A stretch of DNA of 64,000 nt from Promethearchaeota archaeon (GTDB taxonomy: Archaea > Asgardarchaeota > Lokiarchaeia > Sigyniarchaeales > SOKP01), in NCBI GenBank assembly GCA_019057865.1, contig JAHLWP010000019.1, forward strand, positions 1 through 64,000, written 5' to 3'. This document shows positions 19,412 to 30,911 of this stretch, piece after piece. The first letter of the stretch is position 1. Each line of letters starts with the position of its first letter. The translations under genes and the position numbers were made by a program. The notes under the pieces were generated by a model. It was not told the origin of the DNA. It searched no databases and worked only from the letters and a program-made list of their open reading frames with translations.

Positions 19412-19651
19412 AATGCGAAATTAAATACATAACCGACCATCTGCTTCAAGCTATTGATTTGAATTTAATTCTAAATAATATGAATATTCAAAGAGATAAA
19501 TATTTTCAAATATCCATAAATAGTCTCAAATATCCATAGTAAATTGAAATCCTACTGATTTATTCTAGCTGTTATATATCTTTAAATAAATAGCAAATAA
19601 TAAATAAAATTGAACCCCATTAAGAATATAGATATTAACTGGTGAGATCGT

Positions 19652-22105
19652 ATTTCAGCTGAAATTATTTTATTTTATATTGATATTCTTGGGTATGAAG
19701 AAAGATACGAGGAATTGGGAGAGATTATTGGTAAAAAACCTGAATTTATTAGGACTGAGAACTTAGAAATTATTAAGGATAAACTTAATGAGTTGGAAGA
19801 TATTTATGAATTTCAACGAATTGGTGATTCAGAAAAAGGAGATGATTTTTTATTAGCTTTTGAACTAAAGGAAAATTCAAATCCAATAGATATAATATTT
19901 GAGTTTTTAATCGATTTATTAGAACATGAGACGGGCTACATTAAGGAGGAATATAAAAAAATCCCATTGGAAATTGCTTTTGGATTGGTCCAAATCGAAA
20001 AGCCATTGAGGGAAGTAAAAAAACCGCTCTCTACTCTTTCAGGTATAATTTCCCTTCTTAAAGAAAATCTCCCAAAAAGGTTTAGGGATTGGTTAAAAGC
20101 ATCTAGCAAAAATCGGTTGAAAGACACATTTATTGTCTTTACAAATGATGTATTCAAGAAATTACATCCCCATGATCAAATTTTATGCCATGAAATTCTA
20201 ACAACACCACACCCATTTTATTCTATTGATCTCCTAAACGCTATTGAATTAGGACAAAAAAAGAAATTTTTAACGATTTTAGGTTATAAGGATAATGAAA
20301 TAATAAGAAATATTGATTGGGTGTATGAACCACCATTTAATTTTTCTGAGATAAAAGAAAAATTACAAAATGAAAATGTAATAGTATTATCTGGAATACC
20401 CGAATATGGGAAAACATTTACCGCTATTAGACTATTATGGGAATTTTACATAGAAGGTTTCGAACCCAAGATAATCAGTCATAAAGAATCACCAAATCGC
20501 TTAGAAGGATTCCTCGAGGAGTTAAAACCCAATATGATTATCTATTTTGAAGATCCCTGGGGTCAGTACTTTTACGATAGAAATAAATTGTTAGAGAGAG
20601 AAATCAGATCGATTATATCTTCATTTCAAGAATATGAAAATCTTTATGTTATAATAACCTCAAGAGAGGATATATTTACAAATTTTAAAGAACACAGTAG
20701 TCCTTTTATGGATTATGAACCTTTATCAACGTCTTTGAATTTAAGTGAAACATGTTATGATATTAAAAAAAGGATTATAATTTTAAACAGATATGGTGAA
20801 TTATTCCAATGTGAATGGTTCAAAAATTCAAAAACAAAAAAAAAACTTGAGTTAGCTATGGAAAGTTCAAATTATCTATTAACTCCATTAAGTATTAAAA
20901 TATTTAGTATTCTAACCAGAAATGAAGCGGAATTGGATGAATTAATTAACGAAATGAAGAAGTGTTCTAAGGAAGTACTAAATATTTTTATTAAAAATTT
21001 CGAGGAGATGGAAAGAACCCATAAAATCTTTCTTGCTTTACTCTTCATTTGTGAGTATCTAAAGCTTGATAAATTTAGAGAGCTTTTTTTTGCAGTAATA
21101 GAATCATTGGATATTGAAAAAGAAGCAATTTTCGAAAATATACTGAATAAATTTGAAAAAAATAAAATATTAATAAAAGAATCGGACAATATCGGGTTCT
21201 CACATCCATTATATGTTGAATGTCTGGGAGAGGCAATTTTTCATGGCTCTTCAACTTTTAATGATATCTTTAAAAATGTTATTAATGAATTCTATGAAAA
21301 AGAAATTGCTAGTGAATGCTTTGCCTATATCTTAGCTCGATATCCTCAAGAATTTGAGGAAGATTTTTCTTTAAGTGTTATTGAGAATATGTTTGAAAAA
21401 AAACAATTACCATGGAGCGCAATTTCTTATTTAGATAACAATTTTGATAAATTTACAAAAGAAAACCAAACCAAAATGCTCAATAGGATGTTTAAGGAAA
21501 AACATTATTTTCCTTTAGGCTTATATGTAGTTGGGAACCATTATAATCAAATCCCCCCTAATATTCTTGAATTATGCTTACAGGGTTCAAAAAATGAGGA
21601 TAATTATTTTGATGTTTTCGATTTTCTTAAAAGGAATTATTATAAGTTTGATGATCAATTTAGAGATGCCTTAATACTAAGTTTATCTAAATTTGAGTCA
21701 AATGCAACGACATTAGTCGATTTTTTATTAAAACTCTAACGTACAAATTATAAAAATGAAAAAACTAAATATAGTGAGATAGTTTTTAAATTTTTTGAAA
21801 CTTCAGATGAATACTTCAAGCAAATCTCATATTTATTCTTGAAGTATTTACAATATATAAATACAATTGATAGGGATAAATTTTTTGCACTAATTAAGAC
21901 TCGACCACATATTTTAAGAGAAATTTTAATACATATTTATGATCACTTTGATTTATTTAATAAGGCTGATGTCATCGTTTTTCTGGGAGTAATGACTGAA
22001 TTACAAGATGAAACTATTAATGAAATTATAACACATATTTATGAGAGTAATCAAGATAAAATGAACGGGGCTCATAAAGATTATCTGTTGTCAAAAATTA
22101 GATGA
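19652..22105 (+). pseudogene. Class III nucleotidyl cyclase-like domain + nSTAND3-type NTPase + helical repeats, split by one in-frame TAA (21737-21739)
   Basis: Frame extends 5' of 19715 to an ATT after GGTGA, giving ...IILFYIDILGY...EKGDDFLLAF. Walker A GIPEYGKT; Walker B YFEDPWG. ORFs 19715-21739 and 21839-22105 share a frame that is open between them. Confidence 0.65.
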
Positions 22106-22150
22106 AATTTTGTAATCAAAAAAATTTTTCAATACCTTGAATTCTACTGT

Positions 22151-22508
22151 TTCCTCTCCCTGTGGTGCCCCCTCCTAAAAAAGTGGGGTGGAACTGTTCT
22201 AGAATAGTGTTATTTATTCAAGCTCATTATTAATTACTATTTTAATCATCAAGGATTTCCAGATTTTAATAATAATTGAAGTAGGATGGTATTTCAGCTG
22301 AAAAAACAATAATGCGTTATTAAATCAGCTTATAGATATTGTGAATAGCTTAAAAATTAATGCTAACCTAAAAAGGACATAAGAAAGACATAACAAATAT
22401 AAGAATTAGAAATTGTATGTTAATCGGATTACTTTTAGCAATAACTTTCAAATATTATTGATTAAGTAAAGAATAAGTTTTTTCAAATTTTAACGGTTAT
22501 TTCACGAA
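22151..22508 (+). repeat. ~357-bp A-B unit copy 2 (site A 22151-22176; site B 22494-22508)
   Basis: Differs from copy 1 by only a handful of substitutions. Confidence 0.95.
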
Positions 22509-22629
22509 GCCTATGGAATCAGAATGTTTTTCCTATTTTCTTCAGAAGTTTGACGCCATTTTGCAGATAATTAATTCGAAAAAATTGTTTTTAACAAAAT
22601 AAAATTACATCTTATTAGATTTAATTGGA

Positions 22630-22643
22630 TAACCGTTTCACGA
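22630..22643 (+). repeat. Site B' (TAACCG-TTTCACGA)
   Basis: 136 bp after site B, echoing the 13166/13305 pair. Confidence 0.7.
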
Positions 22644-22822
22644 TCTAATCATAATAATTTAATACATCAGGTCCTACTAAAAAATTTTTAACAAGAAAAA
22701 ATAAGACTAGAAATTAATTAAATTCTATTCGATAAATTAAAGTAATTTTGTCGCCATTTATTCTTGTTTCATTATGTTTTATCCAAATAATTAAATTATA
22801 TAAATACAAATAGTAAATAAAA

Positions 22823-24619
22823 ATGACAACGGTTGCATTACTATATCAAGAAGACATTAAAAAGTTGTTAGGAAAACTCTTGTATGGTTATATTAATTTT
22901 TTAACTAATGTTGATGAGCATAAGTCGAAGTTTTTTCATGGGAAAGATTTTTTTGTTAATCGATATAGTTTCGATGTCAAAAACAAGATAATTTCTAACC
23001 AAATATGGGTAAAAGAAAAAGTATTTGGCAGAGATCATATTATCATTTCTTTATCAAATCAATCAAAGGATATCTTGAAAAAAATGGCCTCTTTAGCGAT
23101 AACAAAATTAGCACATAAAAAAGTTCTATTTTTCAATGGAAATCGTAGTTTAAATCCTCAGTTAGAAGAATTTTCTAAAATGGTATCGAGTGAGGATACA
23201 TTTGTTTATTGTATAATTTTTGGAAGTCCTGACCCAACTGATTTTCAGGATGTTGAAAACTTTATTCAGAATTATTTCTTTAAAGCCTCAATAAAAATTA
23301 AAGAATTTTTTAATGCTGAAGACATCGAATATTGCTTTAGGAAAATTGCATATAGAAGATTTGAACGTTCCTCTGCTTCAGTTTATCATAAAATTCAATG
23401 GGAAAAAAGAATGGGTGAACAAAAAAATAAAATTGCTTCTTTAAAACCAAAATTAGAAAAAGAAATACAAGAATTTTTCAATTCGGATGATTTCATGAAA
23501 TTTCAGATCGATTACTTATTTAGTTCTATTATAAATTTCATTTTAGAAGATTCCTACTATGAAGGTGGAACTAGGACTGTAGAATTAGAGAATGAAGATA
23601 CTCATATTTGCAAGTTTCCAGATGGAAGTATTGTAGAAATAGATCAATATGATAATATTCACCTTCATAGAGAAGAAAAGGGTATGTGGGGTTTTCTAGG
23701 AACAATTTCAAATTTACTAGATAATCGAGATATAATAAGTTGGATAGAAAAATTACCAACTCATTTAGCTTCTATTTTATGGCTAAGCTTCGTAGAGATA
23801 GACATTAGATTGAAGTGCAAATATTTAATTAATTTTTTTGAAGGTTTTACGCAATTTAGTACAACAATAATGCTAAGTAGTTTTTATCTCGAACATTATT
23901 TTAAATATAGAAATTGGATTGATAAAGAAGTAGGGAAAAGGGCATGGTTTAAAAAACCCACATTTGGTTCTTGGTTTGAATATTATAAAAGGTGTACAAA
24001 AACAATTAGATCTCTATTAAATTCAAAGAAAGATGGTAAAGAATTTTTAGAATTATCAAAAATATCAGAACTCTTTTGGAAAATAATTACTCATAAAGGA
24101 ATTATTCCATTATTGGAAGATGCTCTGGGAATAAGGAATAATATAGCCCATAAAGGCGAACTTCCTGATTCATTCTATGAAAAGAGTTTAAGCACTTTAG
24201 AATTTAATTTAAAGCAGTTGTGGTCATATCATGAAGATGCTTATAAAACAGTTGAACTTATTAAACCAGAGGTAATAAAACCACACAAAAAAGCTAATAC
24301 TGTTTTCCATAATACAAAATATAGAATAATAATGGGAGTTGGAATACCATTTAGACAAAAAGAAATTAATTTAAAAGAATCTCTGGCAGTTAATCGTTTT
24401 TATCTACTAGATACGGAAGATATAACACAAGTTAGAGAAACCGCCTTAGAACTTCTTCCCTTATTTACTATTGATGATAAAGATCATTGTTATTACTTTG
24501 ATCGATTTGAAAATAAAAAAGCTTCTTGGAAGACCTATCAAATTATCCAAGAAGAAATACCAAAATTTGAGTATTTGAACAAGGATTTAGAACTCATTTT
24601 TTCTCATTTCGAATTATGA
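22823..24619 (+). CDS. Hypothetical protein with HEPN-like motif
   Basis: 598 aa; KPTFGSW and IRNNIAH (RxxxxH). Confidence 0.6.
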   Translation: MTTVALLYQEDIKKLLGKLLYGYINFLTNVDEHKSKFFHGKDFFVNRYSFDVKNKIISNQIWVKEKVFGRDHIIISLSNQSKDILKKMASLAITKLAHKKVLFFNGNRSLNPQLEEFSKMVSSEDTFVYCIIFGSPDPTDFQDVENFIQNYFFKASIKIKEFFNAEDIEYCFRKIAYRRFERSSASVYHKIQWEKRMGEQKNKIASLKPKLEKEIQEFFNSDDFMKFQIDYLFSSIINFILEDSYYEGGTRTVELENEDTHICKFPDGSIVEIDQYDNIHLHREEKGMWGFLGTISNLLDNRDIISWIEKLPTHLASILWLSFVEIDIRLKCKYLINFFEGFTQFSTTIMLSSFYLEHYFKYRNWIDKEVGKRAWFKKPTFGSWFEYYKRCTKTIRSLLNSKKDGKEFLELSKISELFWKIITHKGIIPLLEDALGIRNNIAHKGELPDSFYEKSLSTLEFNLKQLWSYHEDAYKTVELIKPEVIKPHKKANTVFHNTKYRIIMGVGIPFRQKEINLKESLAVNRFYLLDTEDITQVRETALELLPLFTIDDKDHCYYFDRFENKKASWKTYQIIQEEIPKFEYLNKDLELIFSHFEL

Positions 24620-24665
24620 CAAAAATTTGATTCTTTTTTCAAATTATCAGGTTCTTAATATAGTT

Positions 24666-24680
24666 CGGTTATTTCCCGAA
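24666..24680 (+). repeat. Site B (CGGTTATTTCCCGAA)
   Basis: 14/15 match, between convergent genes. Confidence 0.75.
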
Positions 24681-24724
24681 AATTTTTCAGATTATGTGTA
24701 AAATAACTTAATAAAGAAAAGCAC

Positions 24725-26437
24725 CTATCTCCAATGATCTTCAATATATTTATAAGTTTCTTCACTGTCTAAAAATCGTGTGCTGTTTCCAAAGCGAATA
24801 TAGAATTCTTTTTTATCTGGGGATTTAAAGAAAACGGGATTCGGAGAATTTTTAACGGTTATTACACAAACCTCAACATCATTTAAATTTTCAAATCTAA
24901 TTTTAATATAATTCGCAAACTCTTTCCCAATATATTTAGAAATTAAATCTATTATTAATAATTGGAAACCATCTAAATTTTTCTTTTTTAAGGTGGATAA
25001 ATCTTTTTCAATACTTATTATCTCGCCATCATCATTAACGCCAATTAATAAAATTCCCCCTTTTGAATTCAAAAAGCTAGCTATTGTTTTAACTATCACC
25101 ATTTCTAATTCCTTATTCATTTTATCTTGATAATAATCCCATCTAATACTAGCTTTGAACTCCAGAACATTAGATTCACCTTTCCTTATTAATTTTTGAA
25201 CTGATTCTTTTTTTTCTTCCACTATTTTTTCCTTTGGAATTAAGTTCGAGATATATCTATTGATTCCAACTTCACTATTAATCTCTATATCCAAATTATT
25301 CCAAAGCTTTAATAAATCCTCTAGGTTTTTTTTTATTCTTGCTTTCTCCGATTCTTGCATATCTGAATAATGATTTTTAAATTTCTCTTCCATTTCTGGT
25401 TTAATTGTGATTGAATTATTCTCAATCTGAAAAAAGCTTTTTTTTTTAAACCACTCATATGCTTTAAAGTATTGACCTATATTTTCAATAAAAAATGGTC
25501 TGTTTGAATCAAGAAGCTTAGCATAATTATCATTTTCTACAAGAAACTTTAGTTTATCATCTTTATATTCAAATAAAGGAAGTCTATTCTTTTCGCAGCT
25601 CAATTGGCTTTTTATGATTTCATATTTTTCATTAAGAATTTTTATAAAATCATAGTTTTCTAGCAATTTTTTTAATTCTTCAAAGACTTTCTTTATAATC
25701 AATATATTATCGCTTCGATAACATGTGTTTGCGTTAAAATCATGAGAATAAATTATGCTAAAATATTTCTTATTATAAGAAAGTAATTTATAAATCTCCT
25801 TATAATCTATATAATTGATACAGTAATTAATGAATGCTTTATCTACTTGTGCTCTCATTAGAATTTTTCTTAAATCCTCCTTATTAGGATAATATTTTGT
25901 TGTATCAAGTTTGTAATATATATTATAAGATAATTTTCTAACAATTTCTCTAAATAAGGCTAGAAGAATTAGGTGATTAAAAGTGTGTGTGTTTTGAATC
26001 AACTGTGTATAAATTTCCTTTGTATCAAATTTTAAATTTTCAATTGTCTTATTGGACAGTTCAGTGATTTCTGGTTTTAATTCATAATATTCTGATGTAA
26101 AATCTAAATCTTCTGAATCAACACATTTTCTTTTTACAGAGTAGTGTTTTCTTTGGGAAGACTTACCATAGGTAAGACTTTTGGATTTTAACTTTATATA
26201 ATCTTTAAAAGTTTCTTCAAATTCTTTGAGTTTTAGAACAATTTGTTCTTTTGTGTTTTGAGTTAGTCTTATTAAGTTATTAACTATATTTTCTTTACTT
26301 AATGGAAACAAGAAGAATCTACCAAATTTTCCATTATTTATTTTATTTCCGACATTTAATAACCCTATAAGAGGTAAGAGATCTTTTTTCACCCATTCAA
26401 AGTCTGACTTTTCTAATAATTTTTTTAGTTTTTTCAA
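24725..26437 (-). CDS. Protein with C-terminal AlbA_2/Schlafen domain
   Basis: GESNVLEFKAS, IASFLNSKGGILLIGVNDDG, FYIRFGNST. Confidence 0.85.
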   Translation of the reverse strand: MKKLKKLLEKSDFEWVKKDLLPLIGLLNVGNKINNGKFGRFFLFPLSKENIVNNLIRLTQNTKEQIVLKLKEFEETFKDYIKLKSKSLTYGKSSQRKHYSVKRKCVDSEDLDFTSEYYELKPEITELSNKTIENLKFDTKEIYTQLIQNTHTFNHLILLALFREIVRKLSYNIYYKLDTTKYYPNKEDLRKILMRAQVDKAFINYCINYIDYKEIYKLLSYNKKYFSIIYSHDFNANTCYRSDNILIIKKVFEELKKLLENYDFIKILNEKYEIIKSQLSCEKNRLPLFEYKDDKLKFLVENDNYAKLLDSNRPFFIENIGQYFKAYEWFKKKSFFQIENNSITIKPEMEEKFKNHYSDMQESEKARIKKNLEDLLKLWNNLDIEINSEVGINRYISNLIPKEKIVEEKKESVQKLIRKGESNVLEFKASIRWDYYQDKMNKELEMVIVKTIASFLNSKGGILLIGVNDDGEIISIEKDLSTLKKKNLDGFQLLIIDLISKYIGKEFANYIKIRFENLNDVEVCVITVKNSPNPVFFKSPDKKEFYIRFGNSTRFLDSEETYKYIEDHWR

Positions 26438-26645
26438 ATTTAATCATTGAGTCATTTCAAGAATACTAAATAAATAATCATGTTTATTTATTTAAATTTC
26501 ATGAATAAGAAAAGAAGAAAATAAATTTTTTTTAAAGCATTTTCTTACTTATTAATATTAATAGGTTCTCTTTTCTATTCTCTAAATCACTATTGATTCA
26601 AATCCAAAACCTAATATAAAAAATATAAGAGATTAAATAAATCAA

Positions 26646-26660
26646 CGGTTATTTCACGAA
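26646..26660 (+). repeat. Site B (CGGTTATTTCACGAA)
   Basis: Exact 15-bp match, intergenic. Confidence 0.85.
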
Positions 26661-26767
26661 ATTTATTTAAGAGCTTAAACTTCATACTAAAATACACGAA
26701 TATTAGAAAAATATAAATTAAAATCAAATAAAATATTAATTATTAAAAGATTGAAGGTTGATTTAAA

Positions 26768-27166
26768 ATTACTCGATATTGGATGTTTATTATTAATCAA
26801 GAAAATTGGGAAGTTGTTAAGAAGACAAACATTATTGGTTCAAATAATAGAAATAAAGTTGATTTAATTAATAAGGATGATTTGATAATTGTTTATGCAA
26901 TAAGACCATTAAGTTCAATTTTGGGTTCCTTTAGAGTTATATCTAAGACGATCGAAAAAAAGGTGAATTTTTCAGGAGGGTCATTCCCTTATCAACTAAA
27001 GATGGATCCGATTGAAATTTTAAATGAACCTATTGATATCAAATCTATTGTGGATAAATTAGAATTCATAAAAAGAAAGGATAAATGGAATACTTATTTA
27101 TTTGGGGTTAAAGGGATTCGAGAATTATCGAAAAAAGATTATGATACAATTATTAATTTCTTTTAA
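26768..27166 (+). CDS. EVE domain protein (PUA-like, modified-base reader)
   Basis: With an ATT start: TRYWMFIINQENW...DDLIIVY...GSFRVIS...FPYQL...GIRELSKKDY. Confidence 0.8.
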   Translation: MTRYWMFIINQENWEVVKKTNIIGSNNRNKVDLINKDDLIIVYAIRPLSSILGSFRVISKTIEKKVNFSGGSFPYQLKMDPIEILNEPIDIKSIVDKLEFIKRKDKWNTYLFGVKGIRELSKKDYDTIINFF

Positions 27167-27200
27167 CAAATTAAAAAAAAAATACCTTTTTCGTTGAATA

Positions 27201-30200
27201 TTAATATTTTATTACTTTATTAATTGCTAATAATCGTAATTCTTGCCAAGGACGTAAATTTTCTTTTATCCCGTTGTCAATATTGGGTTTAAAATTCCTT
27301 TTTATTAGGTCCTCAAGTTGATTATCAAATTGATTAAGATCATCCATTATTTTCTCAAATTTTTTAATTGAGCGTTTTGTTTTTATATCAGTTTTTTCAC
27401 CTTTAGAGATCAAAATATCCTGAAACTTTGTTAATAATTTATTGTTATAATCAATTTCAGGACGTAAATAATTAAAGCGTATTTTTGAGGCTGTATCTTC
27501 TGTTAGTTTTAAATAATATAGATAACATCTAAAATTTTTAGAAGGACTTGATATATGCCATATAGGAGGACGCTTTTCAAATTGGATAATATGATGCTTG
27601 AAAAAGTCAATTTCTAACCATTTTTCTAAAGTTTTTCCAAGAATTTCTTGCATTTCATTTTTAAATGACTCAATATGTTCTTCTCCGACTAAACTCTCAA
27701 GTTCTTGTAATATTCTCAATTCGATATGATTTGCTCCCGTACTTTTACTAAGTGGAATAATTCCATCGTCATCAATTTCTAATAATTTTAGAATAATTTC
27801 AGTTAAAAAATCCTCAACTGAATTTTTAGCAAAATTATCTGGAATAATAATATTTTCTTTTCGAATCTTAGCTATAGAAATAGGATTAATCCGAAACTTA
27901 AGAGAAATTTCTTCATATGGCGAAAGATCTTCAAAGGTTTTACCTGACTGTATTGCTTCAATTAACTGTTGTAATTCATTATCAGTCAACGCTACATTAT
28001 CAAGGGTCTTAATAAAATCTTTAATTTCCTTTTCAAATAAGTTAGAGTGCTCTATATAATCTTTAATTAAAGGAAATCTTCCAACTCTAGGATCTATTTG
28101 ATTTATAATATCTTTTTGAGTTTCAGATGTAATTTCATATAATTCAAGGATTTTATTATCTAAATATATCTCGTAAATTAATTTTTGGATATGTATTTCT
28201 TCCAATTCATTAAAAAATAATTTTAAAACGTTTTGTAATGATGAATTTGAATGTTTTTTTATAGAATAAGATATTCCTGTATGTTTGAATTCTCTATCAG
28301 TTAATACAAATTGATATGTCCATTTTTGAATCTTAATACATTTTTTGGTAATTGTAATAATAATTTTCTCTTCATCCTTTTTAGGAATATATATAGGAAG
28401 CCTATTTAAATCACCAACTTGTGTATTTATACTAGGATTTAATTGGCTTAAGATATATTCTCCTAATGATGAATTTAAATAAGCTAACAAATAAAAGAGG
28501 TTTTGATTACCAAATATACAAGATCCACCAACTTCGAATATGTATCCAGGAGGCAAATATCTTCCACAAAAATAGTATCCAATGAAAGAATAAGAAATTC
28601 CTTCTTTAAAGTAAAATTTACGATTTTGAGGTCTTGAACCTGGGTAGGCTTGTATTTCTTCTCCATCATTTTCCCAATTAACATAAGTTTTTTGAAATCC
28701 AAACCAACGAATTTTACCTCCTCCTTTATTGATCGGGAACCATTTTGATCCTATCTTATTAGGATCGATTTCCCATTTATATCTGATGAATCTCTCATTA
28801 TTTCCTGTCTGTAAACCTACTTTTGGAACAGCTATTGATCGTTTATCTTTGTCAGAAGGATTTAAGGGAGAAAATTTATCAAAAAGTTCCAATATTGCTT
28901 TTGGCAAATCAAATAAGAAAGGATTTTGTTCAATTTTTATAAAGGATTTTATATCTGTGACTCTATGCTCATATGATTTAATTATAGGTAATAAATCATT
29001 CCATAATTCTTTAGACTCTTTTGCGTCAATATAGATTGTAGTACCTTTAGCTTCTTTTTTTGCTAGAAAAATAGATGTTCTAAAGCGTGCTCTACCTAAT
29101 TCGCTAAACGCATACATTCCTAATTTAACAAAACAATTAATTTTGCTTCTCTCGATTATCATATTACGAAATGTTTGAAAATTTTTTAAAAAAGTTAAAG
29201 CATGAGGAATTACTATACCTAAATATCCACCTTTCTTTAGTAATTCAAGAGCTCGCTGAATGAAACAAGCGGAAGTGTCATAATAATTATTTCCATAATA
29301 ATTTTTCAAAGCTTCCTTATAATTTTTATTCATCCTACGACTATTAATGTAAGGGGGATTCATCAAAATTATATCATATCGATTTCTAAATACCTCTAAA
29401 AAATTTATACCTCGCATTCCATCGCGGGCGAACAATAATTCATTAGAATTTTGCTTTTCTAATGCATTGTTTATTATTTCATTAAAAGTGTCAAGTAGTA
29501 CATCTTTCCATTGTTCCCATTTTGTGTCATATCCATCAATAAATTGAGTAATTCCTGTACTACGAGATTGTATAAAATGTTCAATTTCTCTTTCAATTGG
29601 TAAAAGACTGCCTAATGCTGAAATTTTTCTCATTCCCTGCCAAATAGATTCTACAAGTTCTTTTTCTTCTTCAATTCTCATTTTCATTCTTTTCTTCAAA
29701 TCTTCAAAAAGTTCTTTATTTTGGAAGATAATATCTGTACTGTATAAATTTAATTTTGAGATTGTTAAAGAGGGATTAATTTCTTTTGCTTTGAGAAAAA
29801 GAGATAAAGATGCTAACTGAACCGCACGTCTGTCAATATCTACACCATAAAGATTATTCTCTAAGATAATACGAGGAATCTCATTTTGAGGTATTTTTCC
29901 CTCCTCTAAATATAATTCATATAAGAGATTAAAAGCATAAAGTAAAAAGTGCCCTGAACCACAAGCAGGATCCAAGATTTTTATATCTTTAATTTCCATT
30001 TTCTCAAAATCATTCATTTCTTCTGATTGTGGTAAGAGATAGCCCCATTTTTTCAATGCTTCTGAATCAGGATGATGAACCCTCCACCAATTTCCAAGCG
30101 CATTTTGAGTAATGAATTCTACAATATAATGATCAGTATATAATTGTGAATATGGTATGATGTCATAATCCTCCAATTTGTTACTTGCAGAAATATTTAA

Positions 30201-30860
30201 TCGTTCGAATATTGCTTGCTTTCCTTCCTCATCAAAATATTGATAGACCCACCCTAAAAAATCGTCTTTTTTATATGTTTCATAATCAAGGGAATTATTT
30301 ATTAGGTTAATGACATCTTGGAGAATATTATATCTTGGAAGGATTAGCCCCGGAACATACTCTGGTTCAAAAACAAAACCTAATTCATTATTTAGTTTAT
30401 TTAGTGCTTTTTTAAGACTTGCAACAAGTCCACCATCTCTATCACGAGCTATTTCGGGTTCTTCTACTCTAAAATCTCTTAACCATTTAGAAAGGTTCCC
30501 ATATTCTGGACGTGTTGTAATGATTTCAGTAATTTCATCGTTTTTATCAAGGATTAATCCTCTCAACTCCATGCATTTAATTCCAATTAGACGATTAATC
30601 CATACAAAAACACTTTCCCTTAAGAATTGATTGAATCTAATTGAGTGATCCGGACTGATATATCTTAAACGATTGATAAAGGCAACAATTTTCTCACGTT
30701 TAATTTTTTCCTCTTGATTTAGGTGCTTAATTTTCGCTTCTTCGAGAAACTCATTTCTAGTAATCCCTAATCTTAATAATCTTGCTTCAATCTCCTTAAA
30801 TAATAGCTTTTCTATGTCTGAAGATAATTTTTTAATATTCTTTCTCATTTTTTGTTCCAA
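27201..30860 (-). CDS. pglX: BREX adenine methyltransferase PglX/BrxX, copy 2
   Basis: GWVYQY, QLYT, LDPACGSGHFL, NPPY, KGGG..RW.G, RPPIWH, DNGIKEN; within the BREX operon. Confidence 0.9.
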   Translation of the reverse strand: MEQKMRKNIKKLSSDIEKLLFKEIEARLLRLGITRNEFLEEAKIKHLNQEEKIKREKIVAFINRLRYISPDHSIRFNQFLRESVFVWINRLIGIKCMELRGLILDKNDEITEIITTRPEYGNLSKWLRDFRVEEPEIARDRDGGLVASLKKALNKLNNELGFVFEPEYVPGLILPRYNILQDVINLINNSLDYETYKKDDFLGWVYQYFDEEGKQAIFERLNISASNKLEDYDIIPYSQLYTDHYIVEFITQNALGNWWRVHHPDSEALKKWGYLLPQSEEMNDFEKMEIKDIKILDPACGSGHFLLYAFNLLYELYLEEGKIPQNEIPRIILENNLYGVDIDRRAVQLASLSLFLKAKEINPSLTISKLNLYSTDIIFQNKELFEDLKKRMKMRIEEEKELVESIWQGMRKISALGSLLPIEREIEHFIQSRSTGITQFIDGYDTKWEQWKDVLLDTFNEIINNALEKQNSNELLFARDGMRGINFLEVFRNRYDIILMNPPYINSRRMNKNYKEALKNYYGNNYYDTSACFIQRALELLKKGGYLGIVIPHALTFLKNFQTFRNMIIERSKINCFVKLGMYAFSELGRARFRTSIFLAKKEAKGTTIYIDAKESKELWNDLLPIIKSYEHRVTDIKSFIKIEQNPFLFDLPKAILELFDKFSPLNPSDKDKRSIAVPKVGLQTGNNERFIRYKWEIDPNKIGSKWFPINKGGGKIRWFGFQKTYVNWENDGEEIQAYPGSRPQNRKFYFKEGISYSFIGYYFCGRYLPPGYIFEVGGSCIFGNQNLFYLLAYLNSSLGEYILSQLNPSINTQVGDLNRLPIYIPKKDEEKIIITITKKCIKIQKWTYQFVLTDREFKHTGISYSIKKHSNSSLQNVLKLFFNELEEIHIQKLIYEIYLDNKILELYEITSETQKDIINQIDPRVGRFPLIKDYIEHSNLFEKEIKDFIKTLDNVALTDNELQQLIEAIQSGKTFEDLSPYEEISLKFRINPISIAKIRKENIIIPDNFAKNSVEDFLTEIILKLLEIDDDGIIPLSKSTGANHIELRILQELESLVGEEHIESFKNEMQEILGKTLEKWLEIDFFKHHIIQFEKRPPIWHISSPSKNFRCYLYYLKLTEDTASKIRFNYLRPEIDYNNKLLTKFQDILISKGEKTDIKTKRSIKKFEKIMDDLNQFDNQLEDLIKRNFKPNIDNGIKENLRPWQELRLLAINKVIKY

Positions 30861-30911
30861 TTTGAACCCTCTTAAATGGAATCATTCATTATAATCTTGA
30901 CTAAAATAAAC

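Noticed and set aside
24851-24868. Site B-like sequence tttaacggttattacac inside the AlbA_2 gene (also TTTCACGAA near 62783)
   Set aside because: Both lie within intact coding sequence with a mismatched arm or core; likely coincidental.
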